This document shows positions 13,862 through 26,949 of a DNA stretch of 64,000 nt, piece by piece. This stretch comes from Haliotis rufescens. Lineage: Eukaryota. Position 1 is the first letter of the stretch. The number at the start of each line of letters is the position of its first letter. The stretch lies in assembly GCF_023055435.1 (NCBI RefSeq), contig NW_025963890.1, forward strand, positions 44,330,001 to 44,394,000. Direction: 5' to 3'. A program made the position numbers and the translations under genes. The notes below the pieces were generated by a model. The model searched no databases. It was not told the DNA's origin and worked only from the letters and a program-made list of their open reading frames with translations.

Positions 13862-14870
13862 TTTATTATTATTATTATTATTATTTACAGATTAAAATAA
13901 AAAAAGACAGCAAAGAGGGTTTGGGTATTCCTGGCACAGTCAGGCTGGTTAGGCTCATCATCAGCTTAGGGCCCTTGCGAGACAGACAGCGAATGGGATT
14001 TCTCCCAGGCCAGGAAGCGCTGCCTAGTCAAACCCACCCAGAACTTTTCGGAGAATGTGAAGACTCCCCAACACTGCAGCCTTCTGCATTACCCAGATGG
14101 TCAGAAGGGCTGTATTCCTGGTTGCAAACCCGGGTACTCTCCCAATGTCAGTCAACAGATTGGGAGGTACCAAACCTAAGCACCGAGAACAATGGGGAGT
14201 CGAACAACTTGGTACTTGGGACGCAAGCGTGACATTTCAAAAGCGAGGTCCGCATATTTGCCATGTTTTTCCTGAATCTTGTCAATCACATTAGTGCCAA
14301 AGGGGACAGAAAATTCAATGATATAAATGATTTCATCAGATCAAAAAGGACAAGATGATGTTTGTTGGCCTGCATGAGGCTGTATACGGGTCTATTCCAA
14401 AGAAGTTTGGGCGGTCGGATGGCCTAGTGGTTACAGCGTTCACTCGTCACGCTGAAGACTCGGGTTTGATTCCCGACATGGGTATAATGTGTGATATTGC
14501 TGGAATATTGCTAAAAGCGGAGTAAAACCAAACTCACTCACACACCAAAGAAGTTTGTACTTATCATTTTCCATGACGCCCTCTACATATTCCGGGTCGT
14601 ACAATGGATGGACCTCAGTGTCAAAACCACAAGCATGGCGAAAACGGTAATAAAATAATCGAGCTACACCATCATGTCGCTTAAAATACTGTGTTTGTGC
14701 CAAAGCTGGGCATCCACTGACAATGTGTTGGACAGTCCCATTAAATTCATTACATATTCTACATTTTATATTTACATTTTGATCCAAAATCACACATTGA
14801 GTGTGAAGTGACTGGTCCTGAGCAGCAAACAGAAAGCCTTCTCTTTCACTTTCCAGACTAGCCGCTCATG
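13862..14870 (-). mobile_element. 5'-truncated R4/Dong-clade non-LTR retrotransposon (CCHC knuckle + restriction-like endonuclease, 3' UTR, (TAA)n end)
   Basis: The minus frame reads EREGFLFAAQDQSL...CRICNEFNGTVQHIVSGCPALAQTQYFKRHDGVAR, then after the SINE IYIIEFSVPFGTNVIDKIQEKHGKYADLAFEM...PIVLGA...MQKAAVLGSLHILRKVL. The 3' end abuts a (TAA)n run at ~13862-13886, the known Dong target type. Confidence 0.88.
14410..14544 (+). mobile_element. tRNA-derived SINE family 1 (internally deleted) nested in the Dong element
   Basis: A/B-box-like head, (ACTC)n tail and a 13-bp TSD CCAAAGAAGTTTG at 14397-14409 and 14545-14557. Confidence 0.88.
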
Positions 14871-15029
14871 AACTCCCGTCTCGGGACGGCAGTTTGGAAG
14901 CTGCGACCTTGACCGTGGCCCTTAATGACGTTTACCTTGACATCAGCGCGAAAACAAAAGGTGGAAGGAAGAACTGAAAATGTGTGCCTTGGTGGTCGTT
15001 ATTAATAAGCCGAACCAGTTTCTGTTTGA

Positions 15030-18000
15030 TTATATATCCAGACAGACTGGAAGACATGCAACTTCAAGAGCAACATCTTTATGGGGAGTTTGCTGAGGAG
15101 ATGTCCGTCCATATTCTAATTTCAGGTTGCACAGGACAGGCTTGATATGTTTGATTTATACGTTTAAATCATTAATCACAACGTTTGAATGTATGGAACT
15201 GGCATTAGAGAAGATCTTGCCATTGAATACACACTGGATATTTGCACCATGGAGAGAGTGAATTTGCAGAAAAGGCGAATCAAGATCATAATAAATACAT
15301 GTTTAGTTTGTGGCCTTGGTCATGTTCATGTTGTTACATGGTTATTACCGCGGCTAGCGGATCACAAATTGCGTTCATTACCTGTCATATACCCATTTCA
15401 TCCTACCCATTTACTGCTGGCCGAACAGAGGCAAATTCCGTACAAAGCAACCTTGAGACACAGCCCGTTTTATCACATGTGGAGTCTGCATTTGGGTCAC
15501 TCTTACGAATCAAGCTTTCATGCTTATTTGTCCAAAACACAAAGCCATAGACAGCAGTATATACGTAAATATAACATCAGTTGTAGTTCACATATGTGAA
15601 TGATGGCTTCCAGAGAAACGGAGCAGCCTGCAAGAACAGGAGTAATATATCTCTCCCTTCAGATTGACAAGGGCTGTGTTGGTGACGGAGAGCGCTATCA
15701 CTTTACATTGAAATCTGATGGGGAGTCAACAAGATACTGGGACGGACATGCAAACCAATTGTCCTCATCAGATATAACCCTTAGTGCCAGCTTGTCTCTT
15801 GAGGGAAATTGGACCTGTCCGATGCATTTGTATAAATTGACAAGTTCGACATTTGCTTCAGCTAAGGCTTCAATGAGTTAAAGAACACGTTCAATTCGAG
15901 TATGTGTCAAGAATAAATTAATCTTGAAAAGTCCGAATAATTCCGAGTGGGTTATTGCTTCACTACCATGTGGCTCAGGATAATTAACAACTTTTTGTTT
16001 GTGGTTTACAAATGAATTACGTGAACCAAGATGATAAGCAACTGTCACAAGCTAATAAACTGTCACCAATTGTCATAAACTTAACATTCCTCGTTCACGC
16101 ATCAGTGACAAATAAATGGAATTGTGCCCTATGTTCCCGTTTGTTTTAGTGAACAATTGACTTGTCTTTGCGTATGTTTGTGACGAGTGTCACCAATGTG
16201 GCAGGACACGTTCACCTTTCAGGCGAGGATCTGGTATCATCATTTGATAGTGATTCATAAACACATGCTCATGATACAGTCGGACTCGTACTCCAAAGAG
16301 ATTTCTTGGGGCTATAGAAAGCGTTTGTCGCTTTTGTTAAGGTACATTTTATGAAGGGTGCAAATACACTACATCTAACTGTTGTCTTTAATTCAGAAGA
16401 AAGATTGTCAGCCCTGACCTACAATCCCATAGCGTCATGCTCCTGCTTCTGACTGACGACGGAAGTATGTAAAGCCTTCAGTCGTCATCGGAGCAGTGGA
16501 CACCTGAAAACCTCAAGCACAGGGTAGTACACATGGAGGGGCACATGTACGTGAACACTCTGTCAATATAATTCCTGCTATAACATGTCTTCACTCGGTA
16601 CTCTGGCTCCAGACATGACTGGCTACTCTTAAACGTATTGACCAAAACAGCTGTGACAGTATAAGACAAACTACATACAACCAGCTCCTCTTCATCTCAA
16701 CATGCATAACTGTATTTGTTAGACAGGGATATTTCGAATTATATGGCATGTTTCATGTGTACTTAGTTAGAATAGAGATTTTATCAGCTGCACAACCTAA
16801 CGTGTTGGAAACAAATGAGATACACAGTACACATGCGTCAGGTAGCATGTGTTAATAACTGAAACGCAATTGACATCCTGATCCCTGATTACACGGTGAC
16901 ATCCCGTGGTTGCCTTCATCTACAAAGTGCAATTCACAGCGTTAAACATACTGTCAATAAAAGAGTAACACTTCCTTCCGAGCATAAACAGCCACATAAG
17001 GCGACTTCCCATATATCCATCACCCATTACCATCATATTCTCTCAAGAGGTCGCACGTCCACAAATTGGATCTCATTGAACTTGTGTGACCTTCCGATAT
17101 TTCTTCTGTCTCGTCATTATTTGCAACACAGCTCTTTCCAGCTATTTTATTATGTACAATCATGAACATATGTCCATGTAAATGTTTGCGTTACTGTAAA
17201 CCAAGAAATGTTGTGGAAATTCTGTTTCTCTTCTCCAGAACCTGCTGGTACCATCAGTCGGAATAACACATCATGTTGGTGCCCCGCTCGACCTCTTCCT
17301 GGAAAGTATTGTGTAATATTCTTCACCTCCAAGACAGCTGAGGGACAGGCAACCTACTTGGGTCATCTGGTGTGTCTTCAGTCTCACTGGATAATCATGT
17401 TCTACTGCGACACGGACACATTTTCTGACATCATCAACGCCCATTTCAGTTTAAGTCTAAAACATTAACGACAGATGCAGTTCACTTATATAAACCTTGC
17501 ATCTGTTTAACCCGCTAGATGTGATCCACTGACCCCACAACGCTGCTGAACTGACGCACTATTTTACAAAGTAGCCTATCTATCTGAGATCAACAAAACG
17601 ATCAATCTACAATCTCCCCGAATGACACCAAGGTGGGAAGAATCTCGATGACACATGGTCATATTTCACATGATAATTAAAACTGTTGACATATGTGTTA
17701 AACAGCAGATACGGTGTAGGGAATCAGTACTTGTATGTATACATACCATCAAACTACAAATGTCGTATTCTTTACAACACTTAATTTTATCTGCAACCAT
17801 CGATGCAATCCCACCCATCCATTGTGGCGAGTTGTTTCATTTGCATTATTAAAGCATGAATTCATCATGATCCTCTTCAAACTTTTTTGGGGATATTATA
17901 GATGTGTGTTGTGTTAATGTTTCAAGGCATACATATTTCCTAGCAGAAACGTTTTTATATATTCAGTGTGAGTACTGTAAGATGATCGACTGAATTAAAG

Positions 18001-18110
18001 GACAACGTTTATGACAAAGGTTGCATGTTGCTTCCTCTCGACAAAGTATGTAAGTGTTTTAACAACCCATTTACTCTCCGAAACATATATTCACACATGT
18101 AGGTAAGATT
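15030..18110 (+). pseudogene. Ankyrin-repeat pseudogene copy A
   Basis: NTCLVCGLGHVHVVTWLLPRLADHKL (15294-15371); DTGTDMQTNCPHQI*PLVPACLL[fs]GKLDLSDAFV (~15733-15832); QPHKATSH...ILSRG (~16990-17050); TSKTAEGQATYLGHLVCLQ (~17325-17381). All fit ankyrin consensus spacing, with stops and frameshifts throughout. Confidence 0.62.
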
Positions 18111-19199
18111 TCGGCGTCTTTCTGCGTTCCACGGGTCCTCTAACGATATGGGATATGTTTTTCACTTTAGTAGATCATGTTTGTATGTGGTGGCAGTAAA
18201 TAATTGAGTTCGGTCCAGGCAATCCAGTGACTGATATCACGAGCATAGATCTTCACCATTGGGATATGATGACGTACATCAACAAAGTCACCGAACCTGA
18301 TCATCCGATCCCGATGGTCGCCTCTTACAACAAACATGGGTTGCTAAAGATCAATTCTAACCCGGATCTTCACTGGTTTCATCTTGTAATGTATTGACTA
18401 CTTAAATGTGTCACATGATGTACTTTCTACTCCCGTGTATCACTTTATTGGCACGTGAATCATTGTCCACGTTGGGTAATATATTGTACAACCATGAGTT
18501 ATTTGGGGTGAAAAACGGGAAAGTATCAAAGATGCATGAAATTTCGTAAAAGTAATTTGAAACGTTTTTAAGCACTGTTTTGAGTAAGGTATATACGAAG
18601 TACATTCCATGATAAACTGTTCAAAACACAATATCCATAGACGTCTGCATATTCGTAAATATTACTGGGCAAAATCGAATATCAAAGCCTGCACTTTTGT
18701 TTCAATCAACTTCTACCAGAAAGCTTATTTAGGAGATAAACGCTAAATGGAATCTGGAACCGAACGCGCATAAGATTTATTCGAAGTACAAGATTAATAT
18801 TTCATAATAAATTGTCCAAAACACAATGTACATAGAGGACAGCTGTATAATCGTTAATATTTCAAATATTACAAGCCTTCACTTTTGTTTCAATGAACTT
18901 CTACCAGAGAGCCTATTCAGGAGATAAACGCTACATTGAATTTGGAACCGAACGCGCAGTGAGGTTTCAAACGGTAAATTTAGGGCGATTAAATCTACAG
19001 GTAACCTTGTTCTACATTGAAAACACAGTATGTTTATCGCCATTCTACCATGATTTAAGTAAACGCGAACTCTTTGGTGTTAGCAGCCACTTTGAGTGAT
19101 GCTCATGGGTTGAGTCCAGTGTTTTGAGTGGGATGTCGATCAGAAGTTACGGAGAACCACCTTTATACAAAATATGGCGCTCTAAATGCTCAAGCAGTT

Positions 19200-22100
19200 T
19201 GTTTGCACCGTTATACTTCATTCGAACTACCACTAGGTGGGCACCCCAAAAGTAAACCTACCATATATTGAAAAGGTTTCGTTCTACACAGAACGTCACT
19301 ATTATGACGTCATATATCTCATTAGGATGCAAAAGACATTACGTCACTATCGTATATAGGAAAGTCGCCAAACCAAGCTCTCTGTAGTCCCCAAAACATG
19401 AAATACATTCTCTTTGCCGACTTTTATAATGTTTTCTGATCGAAATGTATTCCAACACATCCTTTGAATACTAGTATTGTAGTAACCGTAATTTTGCATT
19501 TTCAAGCTAATAATTGTACATATGATTAATATGTAATATGCCTACCGACAATGACTGTAAAAGAAGTACTATTCTAAAAATATTAGCTTTCGCTGAGATG
19601 CGGCCGTCAAATCGGCTGCTTTAATCAGAGTGGGTTTATTGTAATTTGAAACCTCTGACTGACCTATCAAAATCGAGCATTTCGAAATTCATGGCAGAAT
19701 AATATTTGAAAGAATATAAAAGTATGTTGAACTTAAATTTCGTTACATGACTTCCAGTTTCACCCTTTACGTCATGTGATAATAGACAGCAGATGTAGAT
19801 AAGGGTATCAATAAAGCCTTTGCACATCCGCGTGTCATGTGATGCCTTTTTTCACAGATGTTTTCATTCAATGCATTCTCACCATGGGTTTGTCAGATAA
19901 TGCACAGTTCACATGTGGTTTGGTACTGCATTATGGAAGAAGGATAATTTGATCACGCGTAATCTATTTTCACGCGAATGTGTAACGTGATGTATTGTCC
20001 ACGAGGGTGATATCAGAGATGTATGTTTCCACAAGCGGATGGATATCGACGTTCATTTTTCTCTCGCGAGTATCATTTAATGTTTTCTTCCACATGCGTG
20101 TATCATGTGATATGTCTTCCGAACGCGTCTACATTTCATGTATTTTCAACGCGCATATATTTGTAAAGACGAATTCGTGTGATGAATTCTCAACATGGAC
20201 GTATCAGATAATTCATTGTTCAATTGGTTCATCATAATCTACATACTAATTGTGATATGTTGTGCGTGGTTGCTGGAAACATGACAGGACAAGTTAATGA
20301 TGAATGTTGTGTGGTTCATCTTCGACATAGCCCTTTAGAAGTGGTGACGAATTTATACGAAACTCAACGAGTTTCTAAAGAATTGACATTCGCGCTGCGA
20401 ATGCTGAACAAACATCAAAGATAACACAATCCTCTCTGCTGTGATTTAAAGACCATTTTCCTAAACCATATTATTGATGGAATTTACTATCAGCAGGACA
20501 TGAAGAATTCTTAAGTACATTTTTCATCATTTCCTCATCAAAGAGTTTGAAGAACAAAGTAAACGAAGATGACAGGTAGCACACAAAGGCATTTGGGTAT
20601 CGATATGTATGTAATAGGACGAAGAAATCAGTCTGGTATTTCCCAGATTGGCTTAGACGTCTTTTAAAAACAAATCTTTGTGCTGGTCAGGCCCAGTAGA
20701 GATTCATCACCGAAGAAGACTGGAAAAATATATGTATCGCCACACCACTGTTAGGCTTCAATCCTTTTACATCGTGCCAGTCTGGCGATGAATTGATTAC
20801 CACATCTTGTTGGATAACTGATCTCTCTTAAATGCAGAACCATCAAAACATTGCTACATTTAACTTGGCTAATGGAAAGCTTTGTTCTTCAAATCAACCA
20901 ACTTCTATACAGAATGTTTGGCCATTCGTCGATGGTAATGTCAGATATGTCGTCCACAAAGTCAGAAGTCTCACCTCGATAAACCTTTAATAGATGGCTG
21001 AAAAACGTTGAGACAAGAGTCAAAAAGATGCGTTCAAGGAGACTAAATTGGCAGAGTTAATGTGGAGGATCAAGCAATGTAGTTGTATGGAAACACGACA
21101 GTGTAATCATTTTCCGCTTTAACGAATGCAATTGTCAAACAGTTTGTGATACAACTGCAAACACTTTGGCCATCAACCTTTCAACAAGAGAAGAAAGATT
21201 CTATTTTCGTGAGTTTAATTCCGGCATTTTATTTTTCTCAGAGATAAAAATTTCGACATTTCACTTTAGGAAGAAAATTACAGACCAGCGGATTAGATGG
21301 CAACAGTTAAAACTGCCATCAAAGATGTCGAATGTCATGACGTTTATACACAGTGATCTTCGGGGCGGCAAAGCAGCCAATTTCAGCATGATTACTATAA
21401 ATAAAAGAAACATTGCAAGAAAGTAACCTTTTTCATGTGTGCGTATTTCCAGACACGTGGAACAGATTATGGAAGTTATCAAGTTTAATATCTTTTAATA
21501 TCAGGCATGATTTTGGAGATTCGACAATAAAAAGACATCTTGTTCTGGTGGGTCAGCATATACATCAGTGCTGCAGGTATTTTACAAGTTTTCTTGAAGA
21601 ACCTTCCTAATTCTGCATGCATGAGGTTTCAGTATTGGACTTTGACAGTGTGGACATTGAGACAGGATGAACATGCTGTTTCTAATCAACAGAGATGAAA
21701 TCCTGTTGACGGGAGTCAGAGTGTGGAGATCGTATAGCAACATTACAGCCCCATCCCAGACTCCGCCCCATCTCTCGTATCACTTCAGTGTCGTACATGT
21801 CAGGCTGTTGGTATCGGCAGTGTGTATGGTTTTGTGTTGTTGATTGACAACACTTAATAAGTAATGAATATATGTTCAGCCACTAGGTGAAATAGTACCT
21901 TTCAGATGCCAATAATATAACCAATATTAGAATGCGTATACAAACTCACAAATATCATTCCATGTCAATTAGTGACTTAGTTTATATGATGCTTTTCAGC
22001 TGTGACAGCTAGTTCGTGATTTACGTGAATCAGTAGTATCATCGTCATTTATGACAGCAGAGGGAACCATTTATGTCTCGATGAATCAACGCCCAAAGGA

Positions 22101-25100
22101 ACCATGAGAAATAGATTTAATACTGGAAGGATTCTGTTGGTGGTGGAGAGCACTATCACTTAATATCGAAATCGGATGGGAATCAACAACTTCGTAGGAC
22201 GGATATGACACCAGTTGTCCTCTTCAGACATAATCGTTAGTGCAAGTTTGTCTCTTGAGGAAAATTGGACATGTCTGATGCATTTGTATTAATTTAAAAG
22301 TTCGACATTTGCTTCAGTTAAGGTTTCAAGGAGTGACAGAACAAGCTTCGTAGAAATCGAGTATATGTCAACAGTAAATTTATCATGACAATTTCCGAGT
22401 GGGTTATTGTGTGACTCTCATGTGGATCAGGATAATTAACAACTTATATGAGCTTGTTGTTCACAAATGAATTACGTGAATCAAGATGACAAACAATTGT
22501 CATAAGCTTAACTTCCCTCATTCACGCATCAGTTACAAACAAATGACTTGTACCATATGTTCCCGTTTCTTCTCAGTGAACAAATAACTTGCCTTTGCAT
22601 TGGTGTCACCGATGGGGCAGGATACCTTCAACTTTTTGCCGAGCATCTGGTATTCAAATTATTGACCAAAACAGCTGTGGCAGTGTAACACAAAGCGATC
22701 CATACAACTAGCTCCTCTTCATCTCACCATGCATTGTTATGTACAGTTCTATCAATTCTATGATCCCTTACTGGTTTTAAATCTTTTTCTGTGATATGTC
22801 TAGTTATTTTACTGTCCTTCGTTGGCAGGATGTTATAGAATTCTCAATGTATTTATAATGTTTAACCCTTGATAGTCATGATATGGCTTAAATCTTGAGG
22901 ATGTGACTTAAAATTTTAACTCACTCACTCATCTGAGCATGCAGTATTGTATTTGTTCGACGTGGCATATTTCGAATTACATTGCATGTTTCCTGTGAAC
23001 TTGGTTTGAATAGAAATTAAATCAGCTGTACAACTGAACGTGCTGGAAGCCAATGAGGTACACAGTACACATGCGTCAGGTCGAATGTGCTTGTACTAAA
23101 ACCTAAGCTAGAGTTTGTAAAACAATTACATATCACTCAAGACATATGAAACAATACATTTACATAGTATCATAATCCTTCCAGCATTACATTTTAAATG
23201 TACACTAGGAATATCATACCAGGGCAAATATTTTGACATAAACTGTAATCCCCACAGTCTCATATGTATTTGTTTTGGCAGATGTACTTGTATTTGAGAC
23301 AGTCGACATGGTCCAGCCAGTCTATTCGGGTTCCTGTTATTCGTAGACAATCAGAGGGGTGGTTCCTTGATTGGCGTGTCTAGTATCAAACGCCACTTCA
23401 ACACCAGACACGACGATGCAGTTGACATCCTGATCCATGATTACACGACAGGATCGCGTGGTTGCCTTCATCTACGAAATGCACTTCACAGCGTTTTAAA
23501 ACCTTCTGTCAATAAACGAGCAAAAAATCCTTCCTAGCAGGAACCTCCACATAAGGCGACTTCTCATATATTCATCAGCCATTACCATCATATTCTCTGA
23601 AGAGGTAGCACGTCCACAAGATGGATCTCGTTGAGCTTGACCTTCGGATATTTCCTCTTTGATGGCTTATGTAAAAAAGTCATGATTTGCAACACAGCTC
23701 TTTCCAGCTAGTTTATTATGTACAATTTAAATGTAAATGTTTGCGTAACTGTAAACTTCTGTTTCTCATCTCCAGAGCATGCTGGTACCATCAGTCGGAA
23801 TTACACATCATGTGGGTGTCCTGCTCTACATCGCCCTGGCAGTTATTGCGTAACATTCTTCACCTCCAGGACAGCTGAGGGACATGCAACCTACTGGGGG
23901 CAGCTGGTGTGTCATCAGTCGCACTGGATAATCTTGTTCTACTGCGACACTCTCTGACATCATCAACGCCCATTTCAGTTTAAGTCCAAACCATTAACGA
24001 CAGATGCAGTTCACTTATATAAACCTTGCAGCTGTTTAACCTACTGGATGTGAACCACTGACCCCACATTGCTGCTGAAGTGACGCACGATCTGACAAAG
24101 TTGTATAGCATTTTCTCCTATTTTGAGCTGTCCATTTGTCTATTAGTTCAATAAATTGGCTCAACATTTTCAGAATATGCATGGGAAGAGAATCGTAGAA
24201 AGAATTAGGGAATTTAAAATAGATACATTGCAATAATTTGATATTTTCAACAGAAATTGTTACCGTCCTGTGTGATGCCACGACTGACGCCAAATCACGC
24301 ACAACGACAACGGTATTTATCGGAATTTCTTACTATTTCCGTTGGTTTCAATGAAAATTATAACAACAAATAACAGTACATAGGTTGTCAGAATTCTGAT
24401 TACTTTCATGTCACATGTATGTGTATACGATCCCTGAATCAACGAAAGAGAAATTTACTGTACTTAACAACGCGTGTGGTCTGACGTATGGTTCCTGTAG
24501 GAAGTGACAACTTGGAGACGATGGCTTGCGGTATATACAGTTTTACTTTATACATGTAGATATATACATACAAAAGACACTATGTGCAAGGTCAGCACAT
24601 AGTAGTTGTGGTTGTTGTCTAGGTGCCCCGGAGCACCAAGCCTAACCCTAGCTAGGCTAAGGGTAAGACCTTTCTTTTCTCCTTCTCTCTGGACCAAGGC
24701 TTATATAGCCAAGGTCACCTGACATTTAGTAAGTAATAAATATAAATGTAAACAGTAAATCATCAGTGTCATATTTGCACATCTCGTTCAGGATGGCAGA
24801 CGGTCGATGTACACAAAAATGGGGATTAACAAATAGGATTAGCATCTTATAAATAACAGCAATTAAGTGTTTCAAGGCATAGATAGATGTCATGGCTCCA
24901 GTGTAATGAGCCTTTGCAATTAAATGTTCTTAAGACAATGGGTGTCGTAAATCAGTCGCTATGACAACTTCAACGCACCATAAACTCTCGGACAACACTT
25001 AGAAGTGTCTTTTTTGAAAACCGGTTTGATAATTGCAGTTAAATTTACACCATCAAATCGGAAATTTAATATTATCCATCTCTGCGTAATTTTATAGCCC

Positions 25101-25990
25101 GAGGTAGATCCAGTACCGCGTGAACGCAGTTCTCGCACAACCTTCACTTTTCCGATCTTAGGAAAATGTGTGTCAGAAAAAAAACTCGGCGTCCAGAGTT
25201 AAAAAGTCGCACTGGATAATCATGTTCTCCTGCGACACGGACCAATTATCTGACATCATCAATGCCCATTTCAGTCCAAGTCCAAACCATTAACGACAGA
25301 TGCAGTTCACTTATATAAACCTTGCATCTCTTTAACCCACAGGATGTGATCCACTGACCCCATAATGCTGCTGAAGTGACACACGATCTGACAAAGTAGT
25401 ATATCTGTTAGAGATATAAAAGGCTCAATCTACAATTTCCCCGGCAGGCACCCAGGTAGGAAGCATCTCGGTGACACATGGTCATATTTCACATGATACT
25501 TAAAAAGGTGGGCATGTGTGTTAAAGAACTGATAGGGTGTAGGGAATCAGTACTTGGGATCGATTTGTACACATGCTTTTTGTATACCTACCATCAAACT
25601 TCATTCAAATGTCCTATTCTTTACCAACACTTATTTTGATATGCAACCATAGATGAAATCCTACCCATCCATTGAGGCGATTAGTTTTATTTGCATTATT
25701 ATAGAATGAATTCATCAGGACCCTCTTCTACTGAGGATACCATGGATGTTTGTTTGAGAATATTATTGGGTTAATGTTTCAAGGCATACATATTTTCTCT
25801 GACACGAGTAACCGAGCATTTTTTAATATATTCAGTTTGTGTGTACTGCAATATGATCGACTGAATTAAAGGACATCATTTAAGATAAAGGTTGCATGTT
25901 TGTATCTGCCTCACGACAAAATATGTAAGTGTTTTAACAGCCCATCTACTTTCCGAAACATATATTCAAACATGTAAGTAACATTCCAAG
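19200..25990 (+). pseudogene. Ankyrin-repeat pseudogene copy B (possible N-terminal STAND NTPase remnant)
   Basis: Colinear with copies A, C and D. Contains RTAEGHATYWGQLVCHQ and QEPPHKATSH. Interrupted by a ~190-bp retroposon tail (22735-22930) and a 1.1-kb foreign insert (24110-25205). Confidence 0.55.
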
Positions 25991-26949
25991 GATATGCGAT
26001 TTATTTTCACATCCAGTGCATCGTGGGTGCATGTGGTTCAACGCCGCACTCATTATCCCTGCTATATGGCGACAGTCTGTAAATAATCGAGTTCGGACCA
26101 GACAATCAAGTGAATGATATTAATTATGAGCATAGATCTTCACCATTGGGATATGATGACGTACATCAACAAAGTCACCGAACCTGATCACCCGATCCCG
26201 ATAGTCGCCTCTTACAACAAACATGCGTTGCTAAAGCATTCTAACCCGGATCTTCATTGGTTTCATCTTGTAATGTATTGACTATTTAAATGTGCCACAT
26301 GATGTACTTTCAACTCCCATGTATCACTTTATTGTCATGTGAATCATTGTCCACGTCGGGAAATTTATTGTAGAACCATGAGTTATGGGGGTACAATATG
26401 GGAAAATGTCACAGGGATGCATGACATTGAGCGCATAATTCTTTAATTTTGTAAATGTTATTTGAAGCGTCTTTGGAAGCACTGTTTTGAGCAAGATTTA
26501 TTCAAAGTACAAGATTAACATTTCATGATAAATTGTCCAAAACACAATGTACATAGACAGACAGCTGTATAATCGTGAATATTATCAAGTATTACAAGCC
26601 TACACTTTTGTTTCAAGGAACTTCTACCAGAGAGCCTATTCAGGAGATAAATGCTACATTGAATTTGGAACCGAACGCGCAGTGAGGTTCCAAATGGTAA
26701 ATTTAGGGCGATTAAATCTACAGGTAACCTTGTTCTACATTGAAAACACAGTATGTTTATCTCCATTCTACCTTATTTAAAGTAAACCCTTTGGTGTCAG
26801 CAAACACAGTGAGTGATGATCATGGGTTGAGTCCAGTGTTTTGAGTGGGTTGTCGATCAGAAGTTACGGAATCACTGACAACAGCCTTTAAACAAATATG
26901 GCGCTCTTTGCTCTTTGTTTTTACCGTAATACATCACTCCAACTAATGA

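Noticed and set aside
13920-14025. Hammerhead ribozyme in the Dong 3' UTR (CUGAUGA and GAAA on the minus strand)
   Set aside because: The GAAA is a tetraloop of its own hairpin and stems I-III cannot be assembled around the core.
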